IMG/VR virus record: IMGVR_UViG_3300034159_000059
Length of the DNA stretch: 64,000 bases
Strand: one strand, 5' to 3'
Source: a virus
Positions 1 through 9,444 of the stretch are shown in pieces (the first letter of the stretch is position 1; each line of letters starts with the position of its first letter). Below the pieces are notes generated by a model. The model ran no database searches. It was not told the DNA's origin and saw nothing but the letters and a program-made list of their open reading frames with translations. The position numbers were made by a program, and so were the translations under genes.

Positions 1-423
1 GTTGAAGGCAGCGAGGTTCTGCGCGGCGACCTTCACAGCAGAAGCGGGGAGCTGATCCATGGTCTCCAGAAAGTACAGTGTCGAGAGGACGGTGTTTCCT
101 GCATCGACACAGGCGAACTTCCGAAGGTGTTGATCGTCGCTGTGAAGAACGAGTGCGAAGGCTTCGTCTCTCAGGACATCTCGCTCTTCCGGAGAAAGAA
201 GATGCGCCTCGGAGACCGCTTCAGGGAGGTTCTCGGGATCCGGACAAGCGGTCTTGAGAATCTCTCCTGTTCTGTCGTCGTAGAAGTCGAGAACCAGGCC
301 TGCGATCTTCATCTCTTCTGCTCCCTAATGGTGAGAGACCCTTCGCCTTTTTGCGAGTGTAGGGCAGGAGCGCAACGAGTGGCAACGATGAAGACAGCAA
401 GGAGGTTTCAAACCTCGACATAA
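1..423 (+). CDS. hypothetical protein (C-terminal part; gene enters from left edge)
   Basis: Frame 1 is open from base 1 to stop at 421-423 with strong GC third-position bias over at least the first ~300 nt. The listed ORF 127..423 is the in-window Met-initiated part. Confidence 0.3.
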   Translation, partial: VEGSEVLRGDLHSRSGELIHGLQKVQCREDGVSCIDTGELPKVLIVAVKNECEGFVSQDISLFRRKKMRLGDRFREVLGIRTSGLENLSCSVVVEVENQACDLHLFCSLMVRDPSPFCECRAGAQRVATMKTARRFQTST

Positions 424-464
424 GAAGAATGAGCTGAAGTCTTAGCTCTGAAGGAGAGTGTCTC

Positions 465-1124
465 ATGTATTACCCGGGCAACTCGGCGAGCCAACCGCCG
501 TGTTACGGGAATGGAAGGATGTACGACAACGAGTCCTCTCGTTGCCAGGCGTGTTCGTTTCAGCATCCGTGCAGGCAAGAGGTCATCAGGATGAGTTTCT
601 CACCACCGTTTGCTCCACTAGCTCCTGCGCCAGTGGCGACACCACAGCCGTTCTACAATACAAGCCCAGTCGCCGCCCCTGTACCGGCGAACTTCGCTCC
701 TACACCGTGGAGACCAACAGCGGCGCCGGCATGGGTACCACCTGCTGCCCCACTACCCATGCGGATCCCAGTTCAGACACAACAATCGGTAATGCAACTT
801 CCGGTGCCCTACCCCCCGACGCAGCAGTACCACCCAACACAGCAGTACCCGGGGACGCACCAGATGCCGAGCGGTCTTCCGTACTCCCCATTCGGCTTCT
901 ACGGGTATGCGCCAGATCCGATGTTTCAAGCTCTGGCAACCGTCCCTCCTATGTGGAGGCCGCAGAATCCCGGAGAGACGTTCGGAGTCCGGGTCCTGAA
1001 GAACACGGCGCTGGTCTTGATGGAAGCGCTCCTCCAGCAGTTCATGCTGGCAACACGACAAGCATTTCTGCCTCCGCCTCCAAGACCAGCGGATCCGATC
1101 ATCGACGTCACCCCGCAAGGGTGA
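465..1124 (+). CDS. proline-rich low-complexity protein with N-terminal Cys cluster (C-x15-C-x2-C-x5-C)
   Basis: ATG with GAAGGAGAG RBS 7 nt upstream. 219 aa, Pro/Gln/Tyr-rich. Ends 4 nt before the helicase start. The alternative frame 458..1135 is judged a shadow. Confidence 0.5.
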   Translation: MYYPGNSASQPPCYGNGRMYDNESSRCQACSFQHPCRQEVIRMSFSPPFAPLAPAPVATPQPFYNTSPVAAPVPANFAPTPWRPTAAPAWVPPAAPLPMRIPVQTQQSVMQLPVPYPPTQQYHPTQQYPGTHQMPSGLPYSPFGFYGYAPDPMFQALATVPPMWRPQNPGETFGVRVLKNTALVLMEALLQQFMLATRQAFLPPPPRPADPIIDVTPQG

Positions 1125-1128
1125 CGTT

Positions 1129-2616
1129 GTGGTAGTCATCTGGCTTGGGCGAGAGGAAACCGTGACATACGAGTTCGTTCCGAAAGAGCCAGGTAAAGCC
1201 TACGTATCGAACAGGCTCTGGCTCCCCAAGGCAGGCATTCGAGAAGCTCAGGTCAGACATGCCCTGGAGTTTCTGGTAGATGGGGAGGGAGGACAGGATC
1301 TTCTGAGGTTGTGGACTGAGAGTCAGTTCCACATCGTATGCCCTCGGGAATTCCTTCCTCCCTCGCAGTACCCTCACTACAAGTTCCCATTCATCGATCT
1401 CCGACCGACGTTTCGAAACGTCGAGTTCGAAGACTGTGTTGTTCCGAGAGACGAGGATCAAGAGAAAGCGTGGGCGGCCCTGGCTGCTCACGACAATGGC
1501 ATCCTAAACTTAGGGTGTGGTAAGGGTAAGACGAAGCTCGCTCTCAAGAAGATCGCCCAGAAGAAAGTCCCGACGCTCATCATCGTTCCGGATGGTGGCA
1601 TCTTGTCTCAGTGGATGGAGGCGATCGAAGGTAGTGCTTCTACTCCTGTAGGCCTTCGGTTCAAGAAGAAACTCGGTCTCCTTCAAGGAAAGAGCTTCGA
1701 GTGGGAGGGGTGTGACGTCGTCGTCGCCCTCATCACCACCCTGGCGCTCAAGATTCGAGACGGGAAGATTCCTGAAGAGTTCTTCAGGTACTTCGGACTC
1801 GTCATCTACGACGAAGTCCATCGACTAGGGGCGCCTGTCTTCTCCCTCTGCGCGGAGCCCTTCTACGGAGACCGTATCGGGCTCACAGCTTCTGTCGAGA
1901 GAGAAGACGGCCTCGATCCCATCTATCGTTACCACTTGGGCGAGCCCTTCTACTCCGACTTGAGGCAGGACCTTGTACCTCGAATCTACTTCTGGAGAAC
2001 ACCGGCCGCCGTCGATTTTGAGAAGTGCCGGAAGAACGACGTCGTCAACATCTCGCTTCTCCGAACCATCATCGGGCGAGACTTCGTAGGGAACTGTTAC
2101 AGGTACTACGCTATCCAAGAAGCGTTGAAGGGTGGTCGAAAGATCCTCTGCCTCTCCCACTCCTTGGACCAGCTCAAGCTCTTCCACGCCATCTTCCCGA
2201 ACTCCGGTCTCATCGTCGGAGCAACTCCGAAGGAAGAGCGTCTCCACATCCTCCGTTCCAACCAGATCGTATTTGCCATCGCCAAGCTAGGGAGCGAAGG
2301 GGCGGATGATTCTAGGCTTGATACACTTTTCTGGCTCACCCCTTTCCGCTCTCGCATCGCTCTTCAGCAGTCGATGGGTCGCATTCTTCGCACCTTCGCC
2401 GGCAAGATGACTCCCGTGATGGTAGTCTTTGAGGACCACAACACACCACCGCTTCGCAGTCTGTGCCACAAGCTGAGGGCCAATCTCCGTCTTTGGGAAT
2501 TCGAGATGGAGACGAACCCACCTCAGAAGTTCCCAACCCAACTCCCTCCAGAGATCAGGAATGTCTACGATGCAGCCTTCGCAGAACTCCCCGAACGACC
2601 AGGACTTGCAGCTTGA
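1129..2616 (+). CDS. SF2 DNA helicase (DEAH-box; UvsW/RecG-like class)
   Basis: Walker A LGCGKGKTKLAL, motif II DEVHRLGA, and C-terminal helicase motifs (QSMGRILR). GTG start. Confidence 0.8.
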   Translation: MVVIWLGREETVTYEFVPKEPGKAYVSNRLWLPKAGIREAQVRHALEFLVDGEGGQDLLRLWTESQFHIVCPREFLPPSQYPHYKFPFIDLRPTFRNVEFEDCVVPRDEDQEKAWAALAAHDNGILNLGCGKGKTKLALKKIAQKKVPTLIIVPDGGILSQWMEAIEGSASTPVGLRFKKKLGLLQGKSFEWEGCDVVVALITTLALKIRDGKIPEEFFRYFGLVIYDEVHRLGAPVFSLCAEPFYGDRIGLTASVEREDGLDPIYRYHLGEPFYSDLRQDLVPRIYFWRTPAAVDFEKCRKNDVVNISLLRTIIGRDFVGNCYRYYAIQEALKGGRKILCLSHSLDQLKLFHAIFPNSGLIVGATPKEERLHILRSNQIVFAIAKLGSEGADDSRLDTLFWLTPFRSRIALQQSMGRILRTFAGKMTPVMVVFEDHNTPPLRSLCHKLRANLRLWEFEMETNPPQKFPTQLPPEIRNVYDAAFAELPERPGLAA

Positions 2617-3091
2617 GAAGTTGACCCTAGAGCTCCATGAGAAGTTGAAGAAGGAGGGGGTAGATCCTGACGCTCTTGCTGTGCTCAGAGTCATGGATCA
2701 AGAAATGCTCATCGGGGAAGTGGGGGATCACGAACACTTCCTAGACGCCAACGGGGGCCACGGACCATTCATGGGTACGAGGCAAGAGATCCACGTCTGT
2801 CTCAAGAACCCGAAGCTCATCATTCGGCGCGTTCTGTCGCAGCAATCGACGGGAGCCCTGGCAATCCAAACCGTCTTCTCTGACTACGATCTGCTCGATG
2901 AAGGGTACATCGAGGTCGTTCCCAAGACCTTCTTCTTCCTGGATTGGTTGAACTACCAGAGTCAGATCAACTACTGCGGCGCCTACTTCAACTTCTTGGA
3001 GGGCAGGCGCTTGGCCAGAGCACAAGCTGCGGGCATCCAGATCGCTGGGCCGGAGGCTCTGCGGGAGCTGCCAAAAGTCGGGAGAGGCTGA
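2561..3091 (+). CDS. hypothetical protein
   Basis: 176-aa ORF. Its 5' end overlaps the helicase end by 56 nt (start uncertain; alternative ATG at 2694). Its stop overlaps the UDG start (ATGA). Confidence 0.4.
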   Translation: MSTMQPSQNSPNDQDLQLEKLTLELHEKLKKEGVDPDALAVLRVMDQEMLIGEVGDHEHFLDANGGHGPFMGTRQEIHVCLKNPKLIIRRVLSQQSTGALAIQTVFSDYDLLDEGYIEVVPKTFFFLDWLNYQSQINYCGAYFNFLEGRRLARAQAAGIQIAGPEALRELPKVGRG

Positions 3092-3921
3092 TGGCAGAGA
3101 AGAAGCCGAAGAAGGAGCAGCCCGTAGAAGCCAAGCTCCACTCGTTCACAGGAACGAAGATGGAGCAGTTGAAGCAGCTCTGGGAGCAGCACTGGTACGG
3201 ATGTCAGCGCTGTATCCTGCACACCTTTCGTCGAGGAGATGACGGCTCTCCTTTCCCAGACATCGTCTTTGGGGATGGGAATCCTGAAGCCAAGATTCTG
3301 ATTATCGGCGAGGCTCCTGGGGCCGAAGAGGACATCAGCGGGGTGCCTTTCGTTGGACCCGCCGGGAGGCTGCTGAACCAGATCCTCGCATCAGTGTCAG
3401 ACGACCCTGGTATCCAAGAACTCTACCGATGGTACAGCAGCATCCGCCATACCAAGGAGAATATCGACCACTTCCACGAGAAGGTTTTGGAGTGGCGCCG
3501 CCACGAGTTCTTCATCACCAATGCGGTGGCTTGTCGACCCCCAGACAACCGGACCCCTACCCATCCAGAAGTAAAAGCCTGCTGGGAGAGGCTTCTCAAC
3601 ATCATCGACATCATCGACCCCTGGTTCATCATCGCCAGCGGGAAGTCTGCCGTCGAAGTCTTAGTCCATCGGCAGATCGAGATCACGAGGAAGCACGGCG
3701 AGATCTTCGATGTCGAAATCCCTGGCCATGTGATGCCGTATCGCAAGCCTGTGATGGCTACGCTTCACCCTTCTTACCTACTGCGCCAGGCAGACTGGAA
3801 GAACAAGAAGGGCAGTTTCATGCAGACAGTTCACGATTATCTCCAGGCGATGCGCTACGTCGATGGGATGAAGTTCCAGCATCTCGGCACGCCGATCCCC
3901 AAACGGTTGGACTACCCCTAG
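3091..3921 (+). CDS. udg: uracil-DNA glycosylase, family 4 (Fe-S type)
   Basis: Motifs GCQRCIL, ILIIGEAPGAEED and GVPFVGPAGRLLNQIL, typical of family-4 UDG. Start moved to ATG 3091 (ATGA overlap with upstream stop). The listed ORF 2944 adds a non-protein-like N-terminal extension. Confidence 0.85.
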   Translation: MAEKKPKKEQPVEAKLHSFTGTKMEQLKQLWEQHWYGCQRCILHTFRRGDDGSPFPDIVFGDGNPEAKILIIGEAPGAEEDISGVPFVGPAGRLLNQILASVSDDPGIQELYRWYSSIRHTKENIDHFHEKVLEWRRHEFFITNAVACRPPDNRTPTHPEVKACWERLLNIIDIIDPWFIIASGKSAVEVLVHRQIEITRKHGEIFDVEIPGHVMPYRKPVMATLHPSYLLRQADWKNKKGSFMQTVHDYLQAMRYVDGMKFQHLGTPIPKRLDYP

Positions 3922-3934
3922 AAAGGAAACACCC

Positions 3935-4591
3935 ATGAACGAGCAGACGACGGCCGAAGTCTCCCGGCCGCAGCACCAGATCCTTGTCGACGAGTTCCTC
4001 GATCTCGACAAGCAGTGCCAGGAGATCATCGAGAAGTTCAACACTGGCAAGATCCTCTACGACGCGATGCCGACGGACGGAGGCAGCGGGTCTCTCAAGG
4101 AGTTCATGGACAAGCTGGTGGCCAAGTTCAACGCCGCCAGAGCCTTCCTCAACCTCCTCATCGAGAAGAGGAACGCCAAACTTCAAGAGGTGAGTGCTGC
4201 GATGCGCTCTCTCGTCATGGCCGGGGAGAATGTGCAGCGTGGTCCGGACGGGAAGGCGTCGGTGCAGCGATACGGCCCCTTCGAAGTCTCGTCCAAGACC
4301 TTCCGCGGTTTCACTCCGGAAACCCTCTTCGGCGAGCTCCAGAAGCTCGGGCTATACGAGCGCGTCCTCGATCTCAAGCAGATCAACAAGAACTCTGGGG
4401 CAGAAGAGGCCGCGATCCAGCAGGAGTGGAAGATCGCTTACGAGACGGTGAAGAACTGGCTCCGTGAACAGAATCTGGAAGAGGTCCTCCAGAACGCCTA
4501 CGAAGAGAAGGAAGGGACCCCGGCCGTAACTGGTCCGAAGCCTCTGGCGATGCTGGGGGAAGTCGATACCAACAAGAAGGGCAAGAAGTGA
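3935..4591 (+). CDS. hypothetical protein (Lys-rich C-terminus)
   Basis: 218-aa ORF with good codon bias. No recognisable motif. Confidence 0.5.
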   Translation: MNEQTTAEVSRPQHQILVDEFLDLDKQCQEIIEKFNTGKILYDAMPTDGGSGSLKEFMDKLVAKFNAARAFLNLLIEKRNAKLQEVSAAMRSLVMAGENVQRGPDGKASVQRYGPFEVSSKTFRGFTPETLFGELQKLGLYERVLDLKQINKNSGAEEAAIQQEWKIAYETVKNWLREQNLEEVLQNAYEEKEGTPAVTGPKPLAMLGEVDTNKKGKK

Positions 4592-4595
4592 AGCC

Positions 4596-4979
4596 ATGGG
4601 TTCGGAGCTTCAAAACCGTCTCCCCAAGTACTTCATCACCCGGGAATACGTGAACAAGGGGAAGACCACAACCGATCGGTATGAAGGAGAAGTTCCCATG
4701 GAAGTACAGAACTACGCGACGCAAGTTCTCGGAGACGGACAGGCCAGAATCTCAGTCACAGCCGACTTCGGGATGAAGGATTACGGAAATGGAGCCAACG
4801 GTTCTGTCACCATTTCCCTCTCCTGCAACCAGGACGACACCACCATCAACAACGTCGTGAACACCCTCTCGATCTGGACTCGTGCCTACGCCAAGCAACA
4901 CTTCGAGGCGATGGACAAAGAGTTCCAGCAGATGTTCTTCACCAAGAAGCAAGAAGGACCTCCGTCCTTCAAGCCATGA
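4596..4979 (+). CDS. hypothetical protein
   Basis: 127-aa ORF with codon bias. Confidence 0.45.
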   Translation: MGSELQNRLPKYFITREYVNKGKTTTDRYEGEVPMEVQNYATQVLGDGQARISVTADFGMKDYGNGANGSVTISLSCNQDDTTINNVVNTLSIWTRAYAKQHFEAMDKEFQQMFFTKKQEGPPSFKP

Positions 4980-4992
4980 GCAAGGTCAAGAA

Positions 4993-5295
4993 ATGAAAAC
5001 CGTCAACGGAAGGCCGAGGTTCGATTCCATCTTCCTCGGGCAGATCACAGTCGAGCTTCTCTCCGTCCCGGACCTTCATCTCCAGGCCACCTTCGGCTAT
5101 GCAGGTTCGAAGGACCAACGTCGTTACGGACAGTCCAGTCGCTCCGCTGGCTGGAGTCCGGAAACGCTCAAGCGGTTGAACGCTCTAGTTGAGTCCATCG
5201 AGCAAGACATCGCTTCCGACATCTTCGAAGGAGTCACAAGTCCTGGTGGAGAGACTGAGGGGGATCCCCCCATAGATAGTGTTCCAGGTCTTTGA
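4993..5295 (+). CDS. hypothetical protein
   Basis: Met at 4993 (MKTVNGRPRF...). Stop at 5295 is followed by two hairpins. Confidence 0.4.
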   Translation: MKTVNGRPRFDSIFLGQITVELLSVPDLHLQATFGYAGSKDQRRYGQSSRSAGWSPETLKRLNALVESIEQDIASDIFEGVTSPGGETEGDPPIDSVPGL

Positions 5296-5302
5296 CCTTG
5301 AC

Positions 5303-5345
5303 CACGCCACGAAGGCTCCATCATCGTGAGAGCCTTCGTGGCGTG
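5303..5345 (+). other. perfect 16-bp stem / 11-nt loop hairpin (cacgccacgaaggctc...gagccttcgtggcgtg), no U tract
   Basis: Inverted repeat read directly from sequence, immediately after the 5295 stop. Confidence 0.5.
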
Positions 5346-5379
5346 GTGGGCAAGCTCGTCTCAGTCACCGTCATAAGCC

Positions 5380-5424
5380 GAGCGGCGGAGGGTAGTAAGA
5401 CCACCTTCCGCCGCTCTCGTTTTA
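5380..5424 (+). terminator. rho-independent terminator-like hairpin (gagcggcgga...tccgccgctc) + TCGTTTTA
   Basis: 10-bp stem followed by a T-run, ~25 nt upstream of the DnaB-like gene RBS. Confidence 0.45.
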
Positions 5425-5446
5425 GCCTTCTACCTGGAGGGATCCC

Positions 5447-6841
5447 GTGTCGGCGCACATCGAATACGCGCTCATTTCAAGGGTCATCGAAGACCATGAC
5501 TTCCAAACGCTGGAGAAGAACCAGATCACAGCGAGCTTCTTCACCGCTCCAGAAGTTCGAATGGTCTACGAATATCTTCGTTGGACATACCACCACCCTG
5601 AGACCGCTGGGCTCGTCCCCTCGATCGACATGGTTCGGCAGTACTACCCGAGCTTCAACCCAGTGTACGCCCCAGACTCGGCAGCGATTCTCTGCCAAGC
5701 CCTGCGAGACACGAAGCTGAAGCTGGATCTTCTCTCCCTCGCGCAGACGCTTCAGTTCGCGGCGGAGAAGGATCCAAAAGAGGCCTTCTCGAAAGCGCGG
5801 CAGGCGGTACAAGCAATGGCTTCGATGGAGCAAGTCGGAAACGACCTCTCCATGTCAGCGGCTTACCAGATCCTGATGGAGCGCTACTCTTCCGTCGCTA
5901 CGGCTGGGGGAGTGATTGGGATCCCCTACCCATGGGATCTCTTGAATCAAGAGACACAGGGACTTCAGAACGGCAACTACGTCATCGTCTACGGACGACC
6001 CAAGTCGATGAAGACGTGGACAGCTATCTACATGGCCGTTCACGCTTACATGAAGTCTCGACGGCGAGTGCTCTACTACACCAGAGAGATGCCGCAACTT
6101 CAGGTTGCACAACGTGTCGCGGCTGCGATGTGCGGGGTCAGCTACAAGGCCTTCATCAACGGTATGCTGGAGCCAAGCCTTCTACAGTACGCCCAGTTCA
6201 TCCTCCAGAGCCTGCTCAACGATGAAGTCTCGGCGGGAAAGCATGGGCACCAACCGTGCTTCGTCATCACAGCAGATCGCAGTCCGAATGGCGGCGGTGT
6301 CACTTGGTTGAACTCAAAGATCGCCGAGATCAAGCCTGACATCGTATTCGTCGATGGCGTCTACCTGATGCGAGACGATCGTTCCAACCAGCGTAACGCC
6401 GACTGGAAGAACATCCTCCACATCTCCCAAGATATTCGCCAGATGGCCCTCACCATGAACATCCCGATCGTCGCTATCACACAGGCCAACAAGAAGTCGG
6501 AACAGATTCGAGGAGATGGCGACACGGACATGGCCTACACCGATGCGTTCAACCAGGACGCTGATGCCACGTTCAAGGTGAAGCACGTCATGAAGCGAGA
6601 TGAGGCAACGGGGCTCAAGAAGTCCGAGATCCACATCTACGCCCCCAACCTCCGAGAAGGTCTCCTCGACGGAATCGTCATCAACGGGGTTCCTGCTACA
6701 GACTTCAGCTACATCCGCCCCATAGTTGAGGCAGATGAAGAGGAGGAGGAGCCGGCATACGGAGAGAAGAAGCCAGCGAAGCCTATGGGATCGACCTTCC
6801 GAAAGACGCAGATCGATCCGGTAACCAAAGTGGGAACATGA
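5447..6841 (+). CDS. DnaB-like replicative DNA helicase
   Basis: GTG start with GGAGGGA RBS. Walker A YGRPKSMKTW. RecA-like C-terminal domain (FVDGVYLM, ITQANK). Confidence 0.8.
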   Translation: MSAHIEYALISRVIEDHDFQTLEKNQITASFFTAPEVRMVYEYLRWTYHHPETAGLVPSIDMVRQYYPSFNPVYAPDSAAILCQALRDTKLKLDLLSLAQTLQFAAEKDPKEAFSKARQAVQAMASMEQVGNDLSMSAAYQILMERYSSVATAGGVIGIPYPWDLLNQETQGLQNGNYVIVYGRPKSMKTWTAIYMAVHAYMKSRRRVLYYTREMPQLQVAQRVAAAMCGVSYKAFINGMLEPSLLQYAQFILQSLLNDEVSAGKHGHQPCFVITADRSPNGGGVTWLNSKIAEIKPDIVFVDGVYLMRDDRSNQRNADWKNILHISQDIRQMALTMNIPIVAITQANKKSEQIRGDGDTDMAYTDAFNQDADATFKVKHVMKRDEATGLKKSEIHIYAPNLREGLLDGIVINGVPATDFSYIRPIVEADEEEEEPAYGEKKPAKPMGSTFRKTQIDPVTKVGT

Positions 6842-6856
6842 TCGACCGAGATCTGG

Positions 6857-7945
6857 ATGCGAGAACAAGTCCTCTCGTTGCTCCAGCGATACTTGCCGGG
6901 ATCTATCCGGCCGGGCGCTGGCGGCAACGTTCTACTGAAGTGTCCCTTTCACAAAGAGGGACAAGAACGTCGCCCTTCGTTTAGCGTGAATGTAGAGCTA
7001 GGGCTCTTTCACTGCTTCACTTGTCACACCGCCGGAGACATCAGGTATCTCCTCCGACTCCTAGGTCTACCTCGAAGCAACATCGACGCAGAGCTGCATT
7101 CCATCCAAGCAGAGCTCGACTCCAACCGAGCAAAGCTGGAGTTCGAGAAGACTCACTTCTTCGTCAACGCTGATCCGTTCAAGGCGAAGTTCCCTCTTCC
7201 TGAAAGTCTTCTCGGCGTCTACGAGTGGTGCCCTACGCTGCTTGTGGAGCACGGCCTCTCGATGGAGCTTCTTCGCGACTACGAGATCGGCTTCGACCGA
7301 ATACAGAACCGCATCACCTACCCGCTGCGGGACATGTACGGCACGTTGGCGGGCATCATCGGAGGCAAGACGCTCCCACAACAAGAACCCAAGTACTTGG
7401 TCTACGAAGGAGGGCATCAAGAGCAGAAGACGAACAAGTGGGTATCGGGCGACTTCGGGCCTTGGTTTGATGAACAGTTTCCTGGCTACCGATGCGAAAA
7501 CCATGACTTCATCTGGAACTACAACCGTGTCTACCCAAGGGTCATGGAAGCTGTGTCAGGGCAAGATGATACGGTCATCTTGGTTGAAGGATACAAAGCC
7601 TGTCTCTGGACCATCCAGAGCGGTTTCCTGAACACGGTGGCACTGATGGGATCCTACATCTCCGAGACGCAGCAGCGAATGCTCCACCGTCTCGGCGGTA
7701 TGGTGTATCTCTTCTTCGACAACGACTACGCCGGTAGAGAAGCAACGAAGAGGATCGGCAAGCTCTTGTGGCGTCCGCTTCATGGACGTCTCAAGGTAGT
7801 GCAGTACCCGGAGGAAGATGTGAAGATGTCCATCTCCGGCGATGACAGAGGCGATTCACAACCAGACGACTATGAGGCGCAAGGTATTCACCAGATGGTG
7901 GCTAACAGCCTCGACTTCCACGTCTACATGAGCAAGCATAGGTGA
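6857..7945 (+). CDS. DnaG-type DNA primase (CHC2 zinc finger + TOPRIM)
   Basis: CPFHKEGQERRPSFSVN...HCFTCHTAGD zinc-binding motif. TOPRIM region ILVEGYKA...FFDNDYAGREA. Confidence 0.85.
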   Translation: MREQVLSLLQRYLPGSIRPGAGGNVLLKCPFHKEGQERRPSFSVNVELGLFHCFTCHTAGDIRYLLRLLGLPRSNIDAELHSIQAELDSNRAKLEFEKTHFFVNADPFKAKFPLPESLLGVYEWCPTLLVEHGLSMELLRDYEIGFDRIQNRITYPLRDMYGTLAGIIGGKTLPQQEPKYLVYEGGHQEQKTNKWVSGDFGPWFDEQFPGYRCENHDFIWNYNRVYPRVMEAVSGQDDTVILVEGYKACLWTIQSGFLNTVALMGSYISETQQRMLHRLGGMVYLFFDNDYAGREATKRIGKLLWRPLHGRLKVVQYPEEDVKMSISGDDRGDSQPDDYEAQGIHQMVANSLDFHVYMSKHR

Positions 7946-7948
7946 CAC

Positions 7949-9382
7949 ATGGCGATCAACGAATTCCGCAGGAACACGAAGTCGGACTCCAAGAGAGCAG
8001 GCGGTGGCAAGGGCTTCGGCAACTGGCGTGAGCGTTGGAGGCTTCCTCAGAGCCAGTCGGCCCCATTCGTCCTCATCGAAGGAGACTATCCGGACCCGCA
8101 CCCGGATCCGGAGCAGGTCGAGGTTGGTCCGGGCGGGCAGCCGAATCCGGTGCTCCTCCCCTACTACAAGTTCCGGCAGCACAAGAGGAAGATTCCGAAC
8201 CGGGCATACCCACTCTCCGGTTCCTGCTCCAAGGGATGGGACGACTACAACCCGCAGCCCTGCGTCGGCTGCGCATACATGGACAGCGGAGACAAGGCAT
8301 TCAGCCTCTCTGACCAGGTGGCGATCGGCGTCATACATCTCGGGCTCTACCACCGCCACTCGGTGTGGGACGAGAAGACGAACGACTGGATGAAGTCGAA
8401 GAAGGAGGGCGCGAACCTCGTCTACAACGAGACGGAACACACCGACCCCAAGACCTGCAACTTCTGCAAGTACATGGCAGGGCAGCAGGTCGTCCTCAAG
8501 CAGGGAGAGACATTCCCTGCCTACCAGCCGCAGCACCTATCCTGGGTGTTCGGCAGTCGTAGGTACCTGGAGATCGGCAAAGGCCACCTCGGAGATCTCA
8601 GCGAGTGGGACAAGCAGATCGGGATGCACTGCGGAGGCACCAAGTGGGCGAAGGACTCTACTGGCAACTACCTCAAGGATCCGAGCACTGGGCAGTACGT
8701 TCCGATCGGTTCGTGCAACAATCAGCTCAACGTTGATGGGTACATCTGCCCGACCTGCAACACGATGCTCATCAACGCAGAGACGGACTCTCGCGATCTC
8801 AAGACGCTGGAGGAGCTGGCTTTCAAGAAGTACCCCTGCCACGTCTGCCAGAAGCAGGTCTTCTTGAAGGAAGTCAACTCCTGCGACATCTGCGGCCCGA
8901 CGAACACCAACGGAGGACAGGCCGTGGTGCGCGGCATCTTCGATGGTGTGCTTCACGGGATGCGGCAGGGAGAAGGAACGCAGAGCCACCTGGTGTTGAC
9001 TCAGTTCACGTCGATCCAGGAGTTCGAAGCGTCCCTCTCGCCTGAGATCAAGGCTCTCATCGGAAAGCCTCTGACGGAGCGGATCGACGAGCTCAGCAAG
9101 CCTTACGACTTCGCTGAGCTGTTCAAGGCTCAACCTCTCGCCAAGCAGGCCGAGAGACTACAGGTGCAGGTGCCTGCGCAGTACGCGCAATACGTCCAGG
9201 CACAGGGACCTCAGCAGGCGATGCCGCCGTCCTACGGTCAGTCCTACGTACCGCAGCCCGGTGGGTTCGCTCCGCCGACCGCTCCTCCTGCGCAGCAGCA
9301 GTTCATACCCTACGCCTCTACTCCGGGAGGCCCGGGACCGGCTCCATTCGTGGCGCCGCCGAAGCCGAACTTCGGAAAATAA
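7949..9382 (+). CDS. multi-Cys zinc-finger protein with PQ-rich C-terminal tail, unknown function
   Basis: 477 aa. At least five Cys pairs (CVGC, CNFC, CPTC, CHVC, CDIC). Low-complexity C-terminus. Sits between primase and polymerase. Confidence 0.55.
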   Translation: MAINEFRRNTKSDSKRAGGGKGFGNWRERWRLPQSQSAPFVLIEGDYPDPHPDPEQVEVGPGGQPNPVLLPYYKFRQHKRKIPNRAYPLSGSCSKGWDDYNPQPCVGCAYMDSGDKAFSLSDQVAIGVIHLGLYHRHSVWDEKTNDWMKSKKEGANLVYNETEHTDPKTCNFCKYMAGQQVVLKQGETFPAYQPQHLSWVFGSRRYLEIGKGHLGDLSEWDKQIGMHCGGTKWAKDSTGNYLKDPSTGQYVPIGSCNNQLNVDGYICPTCNTMLINAETDSRDLKTLEELAFKKYPCHVCQKQVFLKEVNSCDICGPTNTNGGQAVVRGIFDGVLHGMRQGEGTQSHLVLTQFTSIQEFEASLSPEIKALIGKPLTERIDELSKPYDFAELFKAQPLAKQAERLQVQVPAQYAQYVQAQGPQQAMPPSYGQSYVPQPGGFAPPTAPPAQQQFIPYASTPGGPGPAPFVAPPKPNFGK

Positions 9383-9444
9383 GCACGACGTAAACGGGAC
9401 CCCTTCTCGGAGACGGGAGGGGGTCCTTCTCTATCAGGAGAGTC

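Noticed and set aside
458-1135. Alternative 225-aa ORF overlapping the proline-rich gene in another frame
   Set aside because: Its GTG start sits 1 nt after the RBS. The 465 frame has an ATG with ideal RBS spacing and terminates neatly before the helicase. Kept as a caveat only.
2944-3090. N-terminal extension of the UDG ORF
   Set aside because: It overlaps the upstream ORF in another frame. ATG 3091 gives ATGA coupling, and the family-4 UDG domain starts shortly after.
5292-5720. 142-aa ORF spanning the twin hairpins and the DnaB start
   Set aside because: Its translation covers palindromic hairpin sequence and overlaps the DnaB-like gene in another frame.
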